A program made the translations under genes and the position numbers. Below are positions 1 to 13,478 of a DNA stretch of 64,000 nt, in pieces; the first letter of the stretch is position 1; each line of letters opens with the position of its first letter. The notes under the pieces are model-generated. The model did no database searches. It saw nothing but the letters and a program-made list of their open reading frames with translations, and was not told the origin of the DNA. Where the stretch lies: positions 63,240,001-63,304,000 of the forward strand of contig OX597833.1 in NCBI GenBank assembly GCA_951406725.2. The letters run 5' to 3'. The DNA comes from Octopus vulgaris (lineage: Eukaryota).

Positions 1-300
1 GTCTCGGAGGAGATAGTGTTTGTTGAAGTCTACCAAACCTGCCACACACAGACAACTTCAGCTTTATAAATCGTAAAAAATAAGGATTTTCATAGAAAAA
101 AAAGCACCTTTTTGATGTAAATAATTTTTGGTATTAACATGGTCCGATTTGAATTTTTTCTTCTACGAAATGAAGAACAAGCCTTCTTCTATCATACTCT
201 TAATTTTGGTCAACTTGCGCCGCAGGGTCTCGGAGGAGATAGTGTTTGTTGAAGGCTACCAAACCTGCCACACACACACACAGATAACTTCAGCTTTATA
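1..300 (-). mobile_element. Non-autonomous Helitron-like element, 5' end of one copy plus an adjacent truncated copy (same family as 47013-47790)
   Basis: Near-identical to the units at 47013-47790. Minus-strand 5' end TATAAAGCTGAAGTT occurs at about 69 and 300. Confidence 0.7.
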
Positions 301-808
301 TGAATGTAGACAGGAAGTAAGTTTAGGCTGGTCGTATTTCCTGTTTTCATTTGTAAGCTTGGGGTTATTAACCAGGCGTTTCATATCTTTGCTAATGTAC
401 GACATTGTTTCTCTTACGCTTCGATGTTCACAGAAGTATTTGAATAAAGGTTGTATGTTTATATGTTTTCTCCGTAGGTGTTCATTGTTCTATCAGCCAT
501 ATGGTTAGTATATAGGGATTTTGAACTTCCTGTCTTGAGGAGGTAGGGTCCATTTAGTGTCTCTTTATAAAGTTTCTTCCAGTTCTGTTCTAGATATATG
601 TTTAGTGGGGCTGATATAGAAGCTGTGTATATATTCATGTATAAAAATGGGGACAAACTATAATATATTTCAATTAACTAAAAAAGATAAAAGGGAACGG
701 TTTTTTCCGTGGTGGGCGGATCTTCAAGGTGCCACACGCATTCTTAGTAGCTTAGAGTAGGCTCGAATTAGAGATTATTCTTTGTGGCTAATGGCGTGAG
801 TCCTGATT

Positions 809-1796
809 GGAAGAAGAAGAAGAAGGGGGAGAAGAAGAAGAAGAAGAAGAAGAAGAAGAAAAAGAAGAAGAAGAAGGAGGAGGAGGAGAATAATAATAAT
901 AATAAGGAGTAGAAGAAGAAGAAGAAGAAGAAGGAGGAGAAGAAGAAGGAGAAGAAGAAGAAAAAGAAGAAGAAGGAGGAGGAGGAGGAGGAGAAGAAGA
1001 AGGCGAAGAAGGAGAAGAAAAAGAAGAAGAAGAAGAAGAGAAGAAGGAAGAAGAAGAAGAAGAAGGAGAAGAAGGAGGAGAAGAAGAAGAAGAAGGAAAA
1101 GAAGGAGAACAAGGAGAAGAAGAAGAAGAAGAAGAAAAAGAAGAAGAACAAGAAGGAGAAGAACAAGAACAAGAAGAAGAAGGAGGAGGAGGAGGAGGAG
1201 AATAATAATAAGAAGAAGGAGTAGAAGAAGAAGAAGAAGAAGGAGAAGAAGAAGAAGAAGAAGAAGAAGAAGAAGAAGGAGAAGAAGAAGAAAAAGAAGA
1301 AGGAGGAGGAGGAGAAGAAGAAGAAGAAGAAGGAGAAGAAGAAGAAGAAGAAGAAGAAGAAGAAGAAGAAGAAGAAGGAAAAGAAGGAGAACAAGGAGAA
1401 GAAGAAGAAGAAGAAAAAGAAGAAGAAGAAGGAGAAGAAGAAGAACAAGAAGAAGAAGAAGAAGAAGAAGAAAGAGAAGAAGGAGAACAAGGAGAAGAAG
1501 AAGAAGAAGAAGGAGAAGAAGAAGGAGAAGAAGAAGGAGAAGAAGAAGAAGAAGAAGATGAAGAAGAAGAAGAAGAAGAAGAAGAAGATGAAGAAGAAGA
1601 AAATGAAGAAGAAGAAAATGAAGAAGAAGAAGAAGAAGATGAAGAAGAAGAAGAAAAGGAAGGAGAAGAAGAAGGAGAAAAAAAGAAGAAGAAGGAGAAG
1701 AAGAAGAAGGAGAAGAAGAAGAAGAAGAAGAAGAAGAAGAAGAAGAAGAAGAAAAAGTAGAAGAAGAAGAAGAAGAAGAAGAAGAAGAAGAAGAAG
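809..1796. repeat. About 1-kb (GAA)n/(GAG)n polypurine microsatellite
   Basis: Read directly; interrupted by recurring AAT, AAC and GAT variants. Confidence 0.98.
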
Positions 1797-2699
1797 CATC
1801 TGGCTGTTGGCTGTTGTATATCCACACACATCTAAAGGTTTTCGGGTGTAAACTATTATTGGAACTGCAACATAGAACTGTGAGAGTCTCTGATTTTTGT
1901 TTTATTCCAGTCTTTAGCTCAACCACTTAATATTTAAATGTACCGCCATCTTGACAGCAAAAATCGCGACAATTAATAACATTTTAAATTGGATTTTTTT
2001 CCCACTTAAAAACAGCATAACTCCCAAAATTACATATTAATGACTTCCTTCTCTCGTAATTCTTTCGGAAAATCGTTTAATATTCGCAAATTAAGGGCAG
2101 CAAAGTGGCAGAATCATTGGGGTATTAGACAAAATGCCTTCAAGTAATTTGTTCCGGTTCTCTGTGTTTTGAGTTCAAATCAAGTTGGGGTCAACTTCGG
2201 TTTTTTTTCTTTAGGGATCGGTAAAATGAAATACCGAACCGGAAGCTGGATTGTCGGAGTTAATAGTGTGTGGAAAAACATGCTTTGTAGAATGTGTTAC
2301 AACGGTTCTTCGTCTTTTGGATTCCTGGAAGACAGACTGACTCTGTCTCTATGTTTAAAATCATCACCAGGTTCTCAAAGGTCTTTTGCAGATGTAACTT
2401 TGTCTCAAGCATTTCAGCCAAGTCTTCGATATGAGGTTATATTCCTGCGTTTCTTCCCTCTTCTCATTTCCCCCTCCAGTTTCGGATCTCTTAAAACAGA
2501 AGGACCGGGATTGCCTTTCTGCAATCAGTAAAAAATAGTAAAAAACTAAAAAAAAAACAAAACAAAACGTCTCGTTCTTGAAAAGCTGAAGAGCTTTGGA
2601 AAACTATAGATTGGCATAATTAACCCTCCACCCCAATAATCTGGCGATCTTTGGTAACAAAAATGCAACTGCATATCAAGAAAATGGCGATATATAAGT

Positions 2700-3117
2700 A
2701 AGGTGGCGAGCTGGCAGAAACGTTAGCACGCCGGGCGAAATGCTGAGCGGTATTTCGTCTGCCGTTACGTTCTGAGTTCAAATCCCGCCGAGGTCGACTT
2801 TGCCTTTCATCCTTTCAGGGTTGATAAATTAAGTATCAGTTGCGCACTGGGGTCGATGTAATCGACTTACTACCTTTAAAATGGCGGCGAGCTGGCAGAA
2901 TCGTTAGCACGCCGGGCGAAATGCGTAACCGTATTTCGTGTGCCGTTACGTTCTGAGTTCAAATTCTGCCGAGGTCGACTTTGCCTTTCATCCTTTCGGG
3001 GTAGATTAAATAAGTACCAGTTACGCATTGGGGTCGATATAATCGACTTAATCCGTTTGTCTGTCCTTGTTTGTCCCCTTCTGTGTTTAGCCCCTTGTGG
3101 GTAGTAAAGAAATAGAT
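2700..3117 (+). mobile_element. Two head-to-tail copies of tRNA-derived SINE family B
   Basis: A-box-like TGGCAGAATCGTTAG, B-box GAGTTCAAAT, central GCCTTTCATCCTTTCGGGGTCGATAAATTAAGTACCAG; many copies in the window. Confidence 0.85.
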
Positions 3118-3261
3118 ACACAAGTCAGATGGCATAGCTTTTAGTCAGTAGAGATCCAGATCATGTCTAATTTAATAGCATAATTTCTTATCGAAGAATA
3201 TAAGCTAATCTGTTTAGAATATTGGAATCGTAAAATACGTGGCAAAATGCTGCTGCTGCTG

Positions 3262-3306
<45 letters not shown>

Positions 3307-3330
3307 ATAATAATAATAATAATAATAATT

Positions 3331-3384
<54 letters not shown>

Positions 3385-3600
3385 AAAATAACCGTTTCTA
3401 AAATAGGCACAAGGCCTGGAATTCTGGGGGAGGGATTTAGTCAATTATATCAGCTGCAGTCTTCGAGTGGTTCTTGCTTTATCGACCCCGAGAAGATGAA
3501 GAGCAAAGGCGATCTTGGTGCGACTTGAACACAGAAGACACAGGATGGAAGAAATGTTGTTGTACATTTTGTTCGACGCACCAAATATTCTGCCACCTCA
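3385..3600 (-). mobile_element. Degraded SINE family B copy
   Basis: atcgaccccgagaagatgaagagcaaaggcga matches the reverse complement of the family B core. Confidence 0.65.
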
Positions 3601-3772
3601 TTCCCCCAGAGTCTGATCATAATGTAAATTATATTAAATGAAAATAAATAAGAAAATAAATTATGCTCAATTGATTGTTTTCGTTATTTTTTTTAAAGAT
3701 TTTTGTTAATTTTTGCTTGAGGGGAAATATAATTCGAAAACAAAACAAAAAAACTACGACAAAGAAGAAGAA

Positions 3773-4144
3773 AGAGAGAGAAAGAGAGAGAGAGAGAGGG
3801 GGGAGAGATAGGGATGGAGAGAAGAAGCGTGGGAGAGAGAAAGCAAGGACAGAGAGAGAGATAAAGAGAGAGGTAGGGTAGAAAGAGAGACAGAGAGAAA
3901 TAATGAGAGGGGAGAAAAAAGAGCGAAAGAGAGTGAATGAGCGAGGGGGACAGAGAGAGAAAGGGGGAGAGAGAAAGAGAGAGAGACCGAGAGAGGAGAG
4001 AGAAGGGTAGAGACACAGAGAGAGTGAGGAAGAGAAAGAGAAAGAGAAAGAGAGAGAGAAGGAGAGAGATAAAGAGAGAGAGAGGGAGAGAGAGAAAGAG
4101 AGAGAGGGAGAGAGAAAGAGAGAGAGAAAAAAGAAAGAGAGAGC

Positions 4145-4216
<72 letters not shown>
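3773..4216. repeat. (GA)n-rich microsatellite
   Basis: Read directly. Confidence 0.95.
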
Positions 4217-4223
<7 letters not shown>

Positions 4224-4443
4224 TCAAAAAGAACCGAAATTTTCGAGTCGACTACTTTTTATCCTGGCTCCTCTAAAGTCTTGGTAGAGTTGGACTCTGT
4301 GATGATCAAATTTGCTTTTCTCAGTAGTTTTTTTGTTTATCTTTGGTTTTTTTTTTTTTTGCCAAAAAATTAACAAAGTCAAAACAGACAAGAAAAAAAA
4401 AACAGTGAAATAAACTAACCACGATATTTATTATAATGATCGT

Positions 4444-4484
<41 letters not shown>

Positions 4485-4512
4485 GTATGTATATATATAT
4501 ATATATATTTAT

Positions 4513-4583
<71 letters not shown>

Positions 4584-4776
4584 CATATGTATGTATAGAT
4601 ATACATACGAGTGTGTGTGTTTATATATGTATATATATGGATGTATACAGGTATATAAATAAATGTGTATTGTTCTAATATATGCACGTATATATGTATG
4701 TATATATATATGTATATACATATACATGCATATTTTATACGTATGATATATATACACATATCATATACATATATAC

Positions 4777-4836
<60 letters not shown>

Positions 4837-5045
4837 AACAAAATACACGTACATACGCACACACATAGCCAAAAATTCCTTCCTTCCACCTCTAATCTCT
4901 CCACCCTCCCCCAAGCACTTCTCTTCGACAGACAAAAAAAGCCAAAAGCTAAGAAGCAACAAGAAGATGAATATATTTGAATTTATTTATAACTAAATGT
5001 AGGAATAATGAGGTAATTTTTAAAATTGTTTTTAATATTTTTTAT

Positions 5046-5083
<38 letters not shown>

Positions 5084-5634
5084 TTGCTTCTTGTTTTGTG
5101 GGGGTGGGGGAGACGGGGTTGTTGGCAAGCGTAATTTTTCAAAAAATGAAATAATAAATGGAAAAGTAATTTAAAAAAAAAAATTACTAATGAAGAAAAC
5201 AATATTTCTGAAAAATACAAAAAAAAAAATGCCAAAAAAAATAAAAAATAAAGAAGAAAAGTTAAAAATATTCACAGAAAAAGAATTGAAGAAAATTAAA
5301 ATTATAAAACGTTTTAAAAAAATATTCCTTGAAGAAATATATATCCAGTTCATTCGGGAAATAGTTTAAATTTGGATGTTTTCAGGCATAACAGAATGAG
5401 GGGAAATTGGGGGATAAAGACATAGAAAATATTTATATAAAGGCTCAAAAAGACGCATAATTTGAAGAAAATTTTTACCAAAATTCTACCAAATTTGTAC
5501 TCTATCTTTTAGTAAGATATTGACTTATTGATCCGCCTTTCTGATTGTCCAGATTGGTGCAGAGCTATTTTGATAAGCGTTTGTGTGTCGATGAGTGTAT
5601 TTGGCAGTACGAGTATAAATACATGACGTACAAA

Positions 5635-5810
5635 TATTCTTTTTCTACTCTAGGCACAAGGCCCGAAATTTTTGGGGAGTGGGGTGGGGGAGGCAGTCGA
5701 TTAGATCGACCCCAGTATGCAACTGGTACTTAATTTATCGAGCCCGAAAGGATGAAAGGCAAAGTCAACGCCGGCCGAATTTGAACACAGAACGTAAAGA
5801 CAAACGAATC
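5635..5810 (-). mobile_element. SINE family B, 5'-truncated
   Basis: Core and 3' tail match the other copies. Confidence 0.8.
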
Positions 5811-5817
5811 ACGTACA

Positions 5818-5879
<62 letters not shown>

Positions 5880-6085
5880 CATATATATACATTTATATAT
5901 ATATATACATTTATATATATATTTATCTATGTATACACACACACATATATGTACTTATATATATATATATATACATATACACCCATGAAATACATATGTA
6001 ACTATGTTTGAGTGTGTATGTGTGTATAAAAGTCTCCATATTTGTATCTGTGCGTGATATTCTTATCTATACATACATACATGCA

Positions 6086-6193
<108 letters not shown>

Positions 6194-6228
6194 ACACACA
6201 CAACACACACACATATACATATATACAT

Positions 6229-6295
<67 letters not shown>

Positions 6296-6820
6296 TATAT
6301 ACATACGTGGCTGTGTACTTCTATTTCCGTGTGTTTATGGTTCAGCGTGTGACTTGAAAAAATGTCCGCTAATCAGAAATGGTTCGTTTCTGCTTTTTTC
6401 ACAATTTTCCTGTACATTTTTGCCTAAATGTGTTCAAATCCCCGGCGGGATATTCAACGAGTCTGACAGGAAGGCGAACAAGTCAATTGCTGCTTTGCAT
6501 GAAGAAATTTAGTCTGACAGTCTGTGTGTCGTGTGTATACGTATACAGATACGTAAATGCGCACATACATATAGATACGGATACACGTATATATACATTC
6601 TTGTATGCAAGTGTGTGCTTTGTATGTGTGAAAGTATGAGTGTACGTGCATGCGTGTTTGAGTGGTAGTTCCGTTCTGTTTTGCGAAAGTGAATTTTCTA
6701 AAGTATACAGAAATATAGAAACCTACGTACTATGACAAATCTGTAAGCTTCGCGAATAGGTATAAATACAAACACATATATAAAAAAAAGTCTCTCATAC
6801 ATATAGCCACACACATGTGC

Positions 6821-6909
<89 letters not shown>

Positions 6910-7000
6910 ACTAGCTAGCTAGCTACTTATCTATATGTATGTATATATGCATATATGTATGTGTATACGATCAATATATAATTTGTATATTTAACGCTGG

Positions 7001-7053
<53 letters not shown>

Positions 7054-7238
7054 TATTTATATATATAAATGTATATATATGTATATATCCTTATGTATAT
7101 ACATACATATACTCACATGTATATATGTATATATATGTACATTCATATATATATACATATATATGTATATGCTTGCTTACATGCACACGCACACACGCAT
7201 ATCATAATGTTGCATGTAAGTATATATAAGTATATAAA

Positions 7239-7283
<45 letters not shown>

Positions 7284-7384
7284 GTAAATGTACATACACA
7301 CACATACATGCATATATATATGCATACATATATATTTATATGCATACGTGTATATGGGCAAGATAATTATCACAAAACCCACCT

Positions 7385-7735
7385 TTTACAGTAAGAAATG
7401 TAATTACCAGATTTGCAAAGCCATCTTCAAAATATCACAATAAAACTGCTTTCGACAACGCTTCACGACCCTTCACTGACGACCTAAGAAAGAAGTGGGT
7501 CGACATTCCTATTAGAATTCCACTCCTTGTGCTAATTAAGAGAACCAAAATGTCATCAGCCTTAGAATAGAAAGTGAACGACACATCTGGTTTAACCCGC
7601 CCTTCACCCTAAATGCCGGGTAAAAATGTCTTTCTATTAACTCCTGTTGCTTATCAATAAACATTTTGTAACAAGCTGTATGTGTCCTGTGTTCTTTGTA
7701 AGGAATAACACAAAAGTCATCTATAGCTGCGGCTG
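7385..7735 (+). pseudogene. Degraded Penelope-like element reverse transcriptase C-terminal (thumb/linker) fragment
   Basis: Manual translation across frameshifts gives AFDNASRPFTDDLRK, IWFNPPFTLN (from 7585), LINKHF and RNNTKVIYSC. These follow the PLE motif order WFNPPF...LIDKHF...NRNTVKxSYSC. Confidence 0.75.
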
Positions 7736-7769
7736 GAGAAATACTTATTCTACTCAGACTCTCTCTCTG

Positions 7770-7968
7770 TCTTTTACTCTTTTACTTGTTTCAGTCATTT
7801 GACTGCGGCCATGCTGGAGCACCGCCTTTAGTCGAGCAAATCGACCCCGAGACTTTTTCTTTGTAGGCCCAGGACTTCTTCTATCGGTCTCTTTTGCCGA
7901 ACAGCTAAGTGACGGGGGACATAAACACACCAGCATCGGTTGTCAAGCAATGCTAGGGGGACAAACAT

Positions 7969-8018
<50 letters not shown>

Positions 8019-8198
8019 GTATATACATATATACGACAGGCATCTTTCAGTTTCCGACTACCAAATCCACTCACAAGGCATTGGTCGGCCCGGGGCTATA
8101 GCAAAAGACACTTGCCCAAGATGCCACGCAGTGGGACTGAACCCGGAACCATGTGGTTGGTTAGCAAGCTACTTACCACACAGCCACTCCTGCGCCTA
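7770..8198 (-). mobile_element. Full-length tRNA-derived SINE family C with internal (TA)/(TG) tract
   Basis: Minus-strand head GGCGCAGGAGTGGCTGTGTGGTAAG...GGTTCAGTCCC and tail GACTGAAACAAGTAAAAGAG; more than 10 copies in the window. Confidence 0.88.
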
Positions 8199-8233
8199 TG
8201 GAGAATAAACTAATGACTGTCATATTATCTCGT

Positions 8234-8545
8234 TGGGGGCGCATGGCTCATTGGTTAAAGCGTCGGGTTAACGCAATCGTGAGGTTGTGAGTTCGATCTC
8301 CGGACCGAGCTGCGTGTTGTGTTCTTGAGCAAGACTCTTTATTTCACGTTGCTCCAATTTCACTCAGCTGTGGAAATGAGTTGCGCCGTCACTGATGCCA
8401 AGCTGTTTCAGTCTTTGCCTTTCCCTTGGATGACATGGGTGGCGTGGAGAGGAGAGGCTGGTATGCATGGGAGACTGCTGATCTTTTACAATCAACCTTG
8501 CCTGGACTTGTGCCTCAGAGGGTAACATTTTAGGTGCAGTCTCAC
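8234..8545 (+). mobile_element. tRNA-derived SINE family D
   Basis: A-box TGGCTCATTGG, B-box GAGTTCGATC, then GTGTTCTTGAGCAAGAC...CACTCAGCTGT central domain. Confidence 0.75.
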
Positions 8546-8606
8546 CTTTTATATGCATACATACGTACATACATACATATACATAGATACATACATATAC
8601 ATACAT

Positions 8607-8660
<54 letters not shown>

Positions 8661-8667
<7 letters not shown>

Positions 8668-9055
8668 TAAATTAGAGACAAAACCACTATTAGGCAAATC
8701 AAACAATGAAAGACTTAAGCCAATACATAAATTAATTTATATTATTTAAGCAGTTCATTGTTTAAAACTCGCCAAGATAGATTTTGAAACCACTTGATGA
8801 ATGACTGCGACTCAAAAATTTGATGACAGCAGACAGGAAACGATCGTAGTTGATATTAATTATATTTTTTAATAATTGTTACATATTTAAATAATATAAA
8901 TTAATTTATGTATTGGCTTAAGTCTTTCATTGTTTGATTTGCATAATAGTGGTTTTGTCTCTAATTTAATATAATATAATATTTTACTATAAAATTGGAT
9001 TCAATCCTAAATCTGATTTTTCCCTGTAAGTTTGGATTTATTCCCTAATATTTAT

Positions 9056-9058
<3 letters not shown>
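8661..9058 (+). mobile_element. (TA)n-flanked fold-back element (putative Penelope-derived) with degenerate hammerhead in the spacer
   Basis: 89-bp inverted arms 8661-8749 and 8887-8975. Spacer has TTGATGA...GAAACGATCGTA. A related piece lies at 42345-42450. Confidence 0.65.
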
Positions 9059-9092
<34 letters not shown>

Positions 9093-9163
9093 ATCAAATG
9101 AATATGTAGTCAAATGAATAAAACAAGTAATACACACCACACACACATAAATATTCATACATG

Positions 9164-9220
<57 letters not shown>

Positions 9221-9364
9221 TATGCCCGAAAGGAGGAGTAGATAGACAACCGACACCTGATGAAGGGTCCTTTCTCTTTGTTTGCTTGTCCTGTTTTCCA
9301 TTTCTTCTCGTGGTTTACGTATTTCATGTTATTTGCACCGTTGGTGACGTCTTGTACCCACATA

Positions 9365-9477
<113 letters not shown>

Positions 9478-10109
9478 TCTCCTATGTAAGAATGAGCGTG
9501 AGTTTTTCTTCTCTCCGCTTTATGCCATCAAGAAAATATCAATACTGAGAACACAGGTCGGGTGTGGTGGAAATGAGGGAGGCAGGGTCAATGAGGTGAC
9601 GCGGAGGAATTCGGGAGGTGAAAGGTGGAGGTAAACAAAGAAAGAAAAGAAAAGAAAACGAAAGAGAAAGAAAGAAAGAAAGAAAGAAGTAACGTAAGGA
9701 ACATAAGAAAAAAGATTAAGTTATGGAGAAAGCTGAGAAGAATTTGTTTTTTTAAAAGAAAAAAAAATGTTTAACCATAAAGCCGCTACTCTTTAATTAG
9801 ATTAAATAAGTAATTAGGAAATGTTTGACAAAGATCTTTTAGGTTAAAGATTTAATCAAATCTCTCAGAAGTCAATGTGTGTGTGTATGTATGTATGATA
9901 AAGTAGGTTGCCTTACCGATTGAGACACAGTTAATCAGGAACATGTGTAGAGAATTGAAGAACGAATGGAAACATAGCGAATATGGTTATAGAATTTTTG
10001 AAACTGTGTCACAGAATATGCGTATATGTATGTGTGTACGCATGCGTCGCTGTGTGTATGAGATTGTATGTGTATGTATGTACGGATGTTTGCGTATGTA
10101 TGGACGTAT

Positions 10110-10158
<49 letters not shown>

Positions 10159-10270
10159 TTCATCTATGTATATACATGTATGTATATGTATGTGTGTACG
10201 CATGCGTCGCTGTGTGTATGAGATTGTATGTGTATGTATGTACGGATGTTTGCGTATGTATGGACGTATG

Positions 10271-10314
<44 letters not shown>

Positions 10315-10494
10315 AGTTTTTATCTATGTATATACATGTATGTATATGCATGTATGTATGTGTGTAGGCATCCGTCTGTGTGCATATGTGATTGTAGTTT
10401 TTTTATGTTTCAGTCCAATGACTATGGCCATGCTGGAGCACCGCAACTAAAAATTTACTAACAGGCTCCAGGGGAATTCGAACCCGCGACCTCA

Positions 10495-10708
10495 CTTTTC
10501 TACTGTAAGCACAAAGTCCCGAAATTTTGGGGAAGGGGGCTAATCGATTAGATCGACCTCAGTATGCAACTGGTACTTAATTTATCGATCCCGAAAGGAT
10601 GAAAGGCAAAGTCGACCTCGGCGGAATTTGAACTCAGAACGTAAAGACAGATGAAATACCACAAAGCATTTCGCCCGGCGTGCTAACGTTTCTGCCAGCT
10701 CGCCGCAT
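10495..10708 (-). mobile_element. SINE family B
   Basis: Full head-to-tail match to the family consensus. Confidence 0.85.
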
Positions 10709-11209
10709 TATATGTGTGTATATATGTATGTGTACGTATGTCTGTATGTTTATATCTATATATATACACGCATGTATGCGTGTATGTATGTGTGTAATTG
10801 TATATATGTATGCGTATATATATGTGTATTTATGCGCATATGTTTATATATATATTTATATGTGTGTATATATATGAGTATGCATGGTTCTATGTATGTA
10901 TATAATGGGATATATATATATGTATGTTAATGTATACGTTCATGTATATGTGTGTATGTTTGTATGCATGCGTCTGTTTGTATATGATGCTATATGTGTG
11001 TATATATGTATGTGCAGGTATGTGTACGCATGTGCGTATGTTTAGCGGTTCGGCAAAAGACACCGATAAATTAAGTACTAGGCTTACAAAGAATAAGTCC
11101 TGGAGTCTGTTTGCTCAACTAAAGGCGTTGCTCCAGTATGGCCAGAGTCAAATGACTGAAACAAGTAAAAGAGAACGAGAGTAAGAGAGTAAATAGAGAA
11201 CGAGAGTAT

Positions 11210-11244
<35 letters not shown>

Positions 11245-11864
11245 TGTATAGGTGTGTGTACGTGTTTATGTGTTTAAGTGTGTCTGTGTGCATAACTGTG
11301 TACCTGTGTTTGTGTATGTATGCATGCATGTATGCCTGTATGTGCGTGTTTATGCGCATGTATGTGTGTGTGTATGTGCCTACGCACAATGTGTGCTTGT
11401 GCGTGCATTCGTACGCTTTTAGGCGTGTATGTGTATATGGGTGAGCGCCTATATATTTGTGTACGCTCATGTATATGTACGTACGCGTATATGTAGGCTT
11501 GTGTGATTGTATATCTATGGGTTTCTGTATCTAAGTGTGTCTGTGTGTGTGTGTGTGAGAGGGAGATAGAGAGGGGGGAGAGAGAGGGAGAGAGAGAGAG
11601 GGAGATAGAAAGAGGGAGAGATAGAAAGGGTGAGAGAGAGAGGGAGAGAGAAAGGGAGGGAGAGGGAGAGAGGTGAGTGAGAATGAGAGAGAGAGAGAAT
11701 GAATGAGGGAGCGAGTGAGAGAGTGCGAGAGGGAGAGAATGAGAGAGGGACAGAGGGAGAGAGGGACAGAGAGAGCGAGTTAGAGAGAAATCATGAAATA
11801 CTTCAGAGCAGATGTGTTTTGTTATGGTATTTGTGTTTTTTTGGTCATAAATATTCTTCTTCTG

Positions 11865-12515
11865 CATCACCACCACCACAACCGTCACCATCAATACCTC
11901 CTCCTTCAAAGCCACCATCACCAGCACTAGCACCAGCACCACAACTACCACCACCAACAACAAAAACATCACCACTACCACCATCATCATCATTATAATC
12001 AACATCATCACGACGACGATGACGACGAGGAAGACCACCACCACCACCACAACCACCACCACCACCACCACCACCACCACAACCACCACCACCACCACCA
12101 CTACAACCACAAACACCGCCACCACCACCCCCACCCCACACCCCCCCCCCCCACCACCGCCACCATACCACCACCACCAGCACAACTACCACCACCACCA
12201 CCACCACCAACGCCACACTGCCATCACCACCACCACCACCGCCAACACCACCGCCACCACCAACGCCACAATCACCATCACCAACACCATCACCAACACC
12301 ACTACCACCACTCCAACTACCACCCCACCCAAACCCACCCCCACCACTACCACCAATACCATCATTACCTATACCACCATCACCACCACCACTACCACCA
12401 CCATACCACCACTACCATTACCATCATCACGACCACCACCATAACTACCACCACCATCATTAAAAATCATTACTGTGACCAGCCCTACCACCACCACCAC
12501 CACAATCACCACCAA
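11865..12515. repeat. (CAC/CCA)n-rich low-complexity tract
   Basis: Read directly. Confidence 0.9.
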
Positions 12516-12899
12516 TATCCTCCTCTTCTCCCCCCCACGCCTCCTCCCCTCATTCCATATTATATCACAGAACCTCTGCAACGGTAACCAGACAGGTATT
12601 ACAGATCTTCCGCTAAAGAGTGACATTATTAATTTACCGCTTCACACTTCAAACTTTCTGACAAATCAATTATTTCCGACTTTACTTTTTTTATTTTTTA
12701 TTGTAGAATTTTTTGCCAGTTATTTTAATGGCGCAATGGTTATGATGGTGATAGTGGTGGTAGTGGTGGTGGTGGTGGTGGGGGTGGTAGTGCGGGGGCT
12801 GATGGTTGTGATCACCGCTTCTTGAAATAGCCGACACACACACACAAAAATAATAATACTATTTCGGTGAAGTAGGGAAACGAAATTAAAAAAAAGCAG

Positions 12900-12945
<46 letters not shown>

Positions 12946-13180
12946 AACTACTACCACCACCACCACCACCACCACCAGTAGCAGCAGCACCAGCAGCAGC
13001 ACCACCACCACCAAAATGGAGAAGCAAATTTAGTTTGTTCATCAACTTTCGGATTTTAGAATGTTGGATTATTTATTTATTCAACAAAATGAGAACCTCA
13101 ATATCATATATATTATATAATTCAATACATATAAGATAAGAATACAAATCACAATATAAATTTTTGAAACCTTAAAATCA

Positions 13181-13316
13181 CTTCTTACAGCTGTTTCAGC
13201 CTATAGCTAAAAGTAGTTATTTTTATTTTTACTGCCTATAGTTGTCAACATAATGAGGTTGTAGGCATTTAAAAATAGGGTACTTATATATATAACCATA
13301 GGCCTCGTCAGAGGTC
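13181..13316 (-). ncRNA. Type I hammerhead-like motif with about 90-nt stem II insert and weak stem I
   Basis: CUGACGA-GGCCUAUGG...CUAUAGGCU-GAAA-CAGCUG-UA. Stem II has 9 bp; stem I has only 2 clear pairs. Confidence 0.55.
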
Positions 13317-13416
13317 ATAAGGAACTTTAAAGATATTAATATTAATACATTAAACATGATACACGTATTATTTAATATATATAAAAAAATATGAATATCC
13401 ACATATATATATATAT

Positions 13417-13476
<60 letters not shown>

Positions 13477-13478
<2 letters not shown>

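Noticed and set aside
301-700. Possible LINE C-terminal fragment on minus (WKKLYK...YFCEH)
   Set aside because: Similarity too vague to assign.
768-1926. 347-383 aa ORFs
   Set aside because: Read-through of the GAA/TTC microsatellite; no coding complexity.
7474-7560. CTGACGA and CTGATGA motifs
   Set aside because: No properly placed GAAA or NUH; they lie within the PLE RT remnant.
10030-10350. Local tandem duplications (also 55085-55310)
   Set aside because: Ordinary microsatellite-mediated duplications with no further structure.
10462-10495. tRNA-like T-arm (GGTTCGAATTCC on minus)
   Set aside because: Only a 3' fragment between SINE pieces with no full cloverleaf; SINE heads elsewhere are likewise not called tRNA genes.
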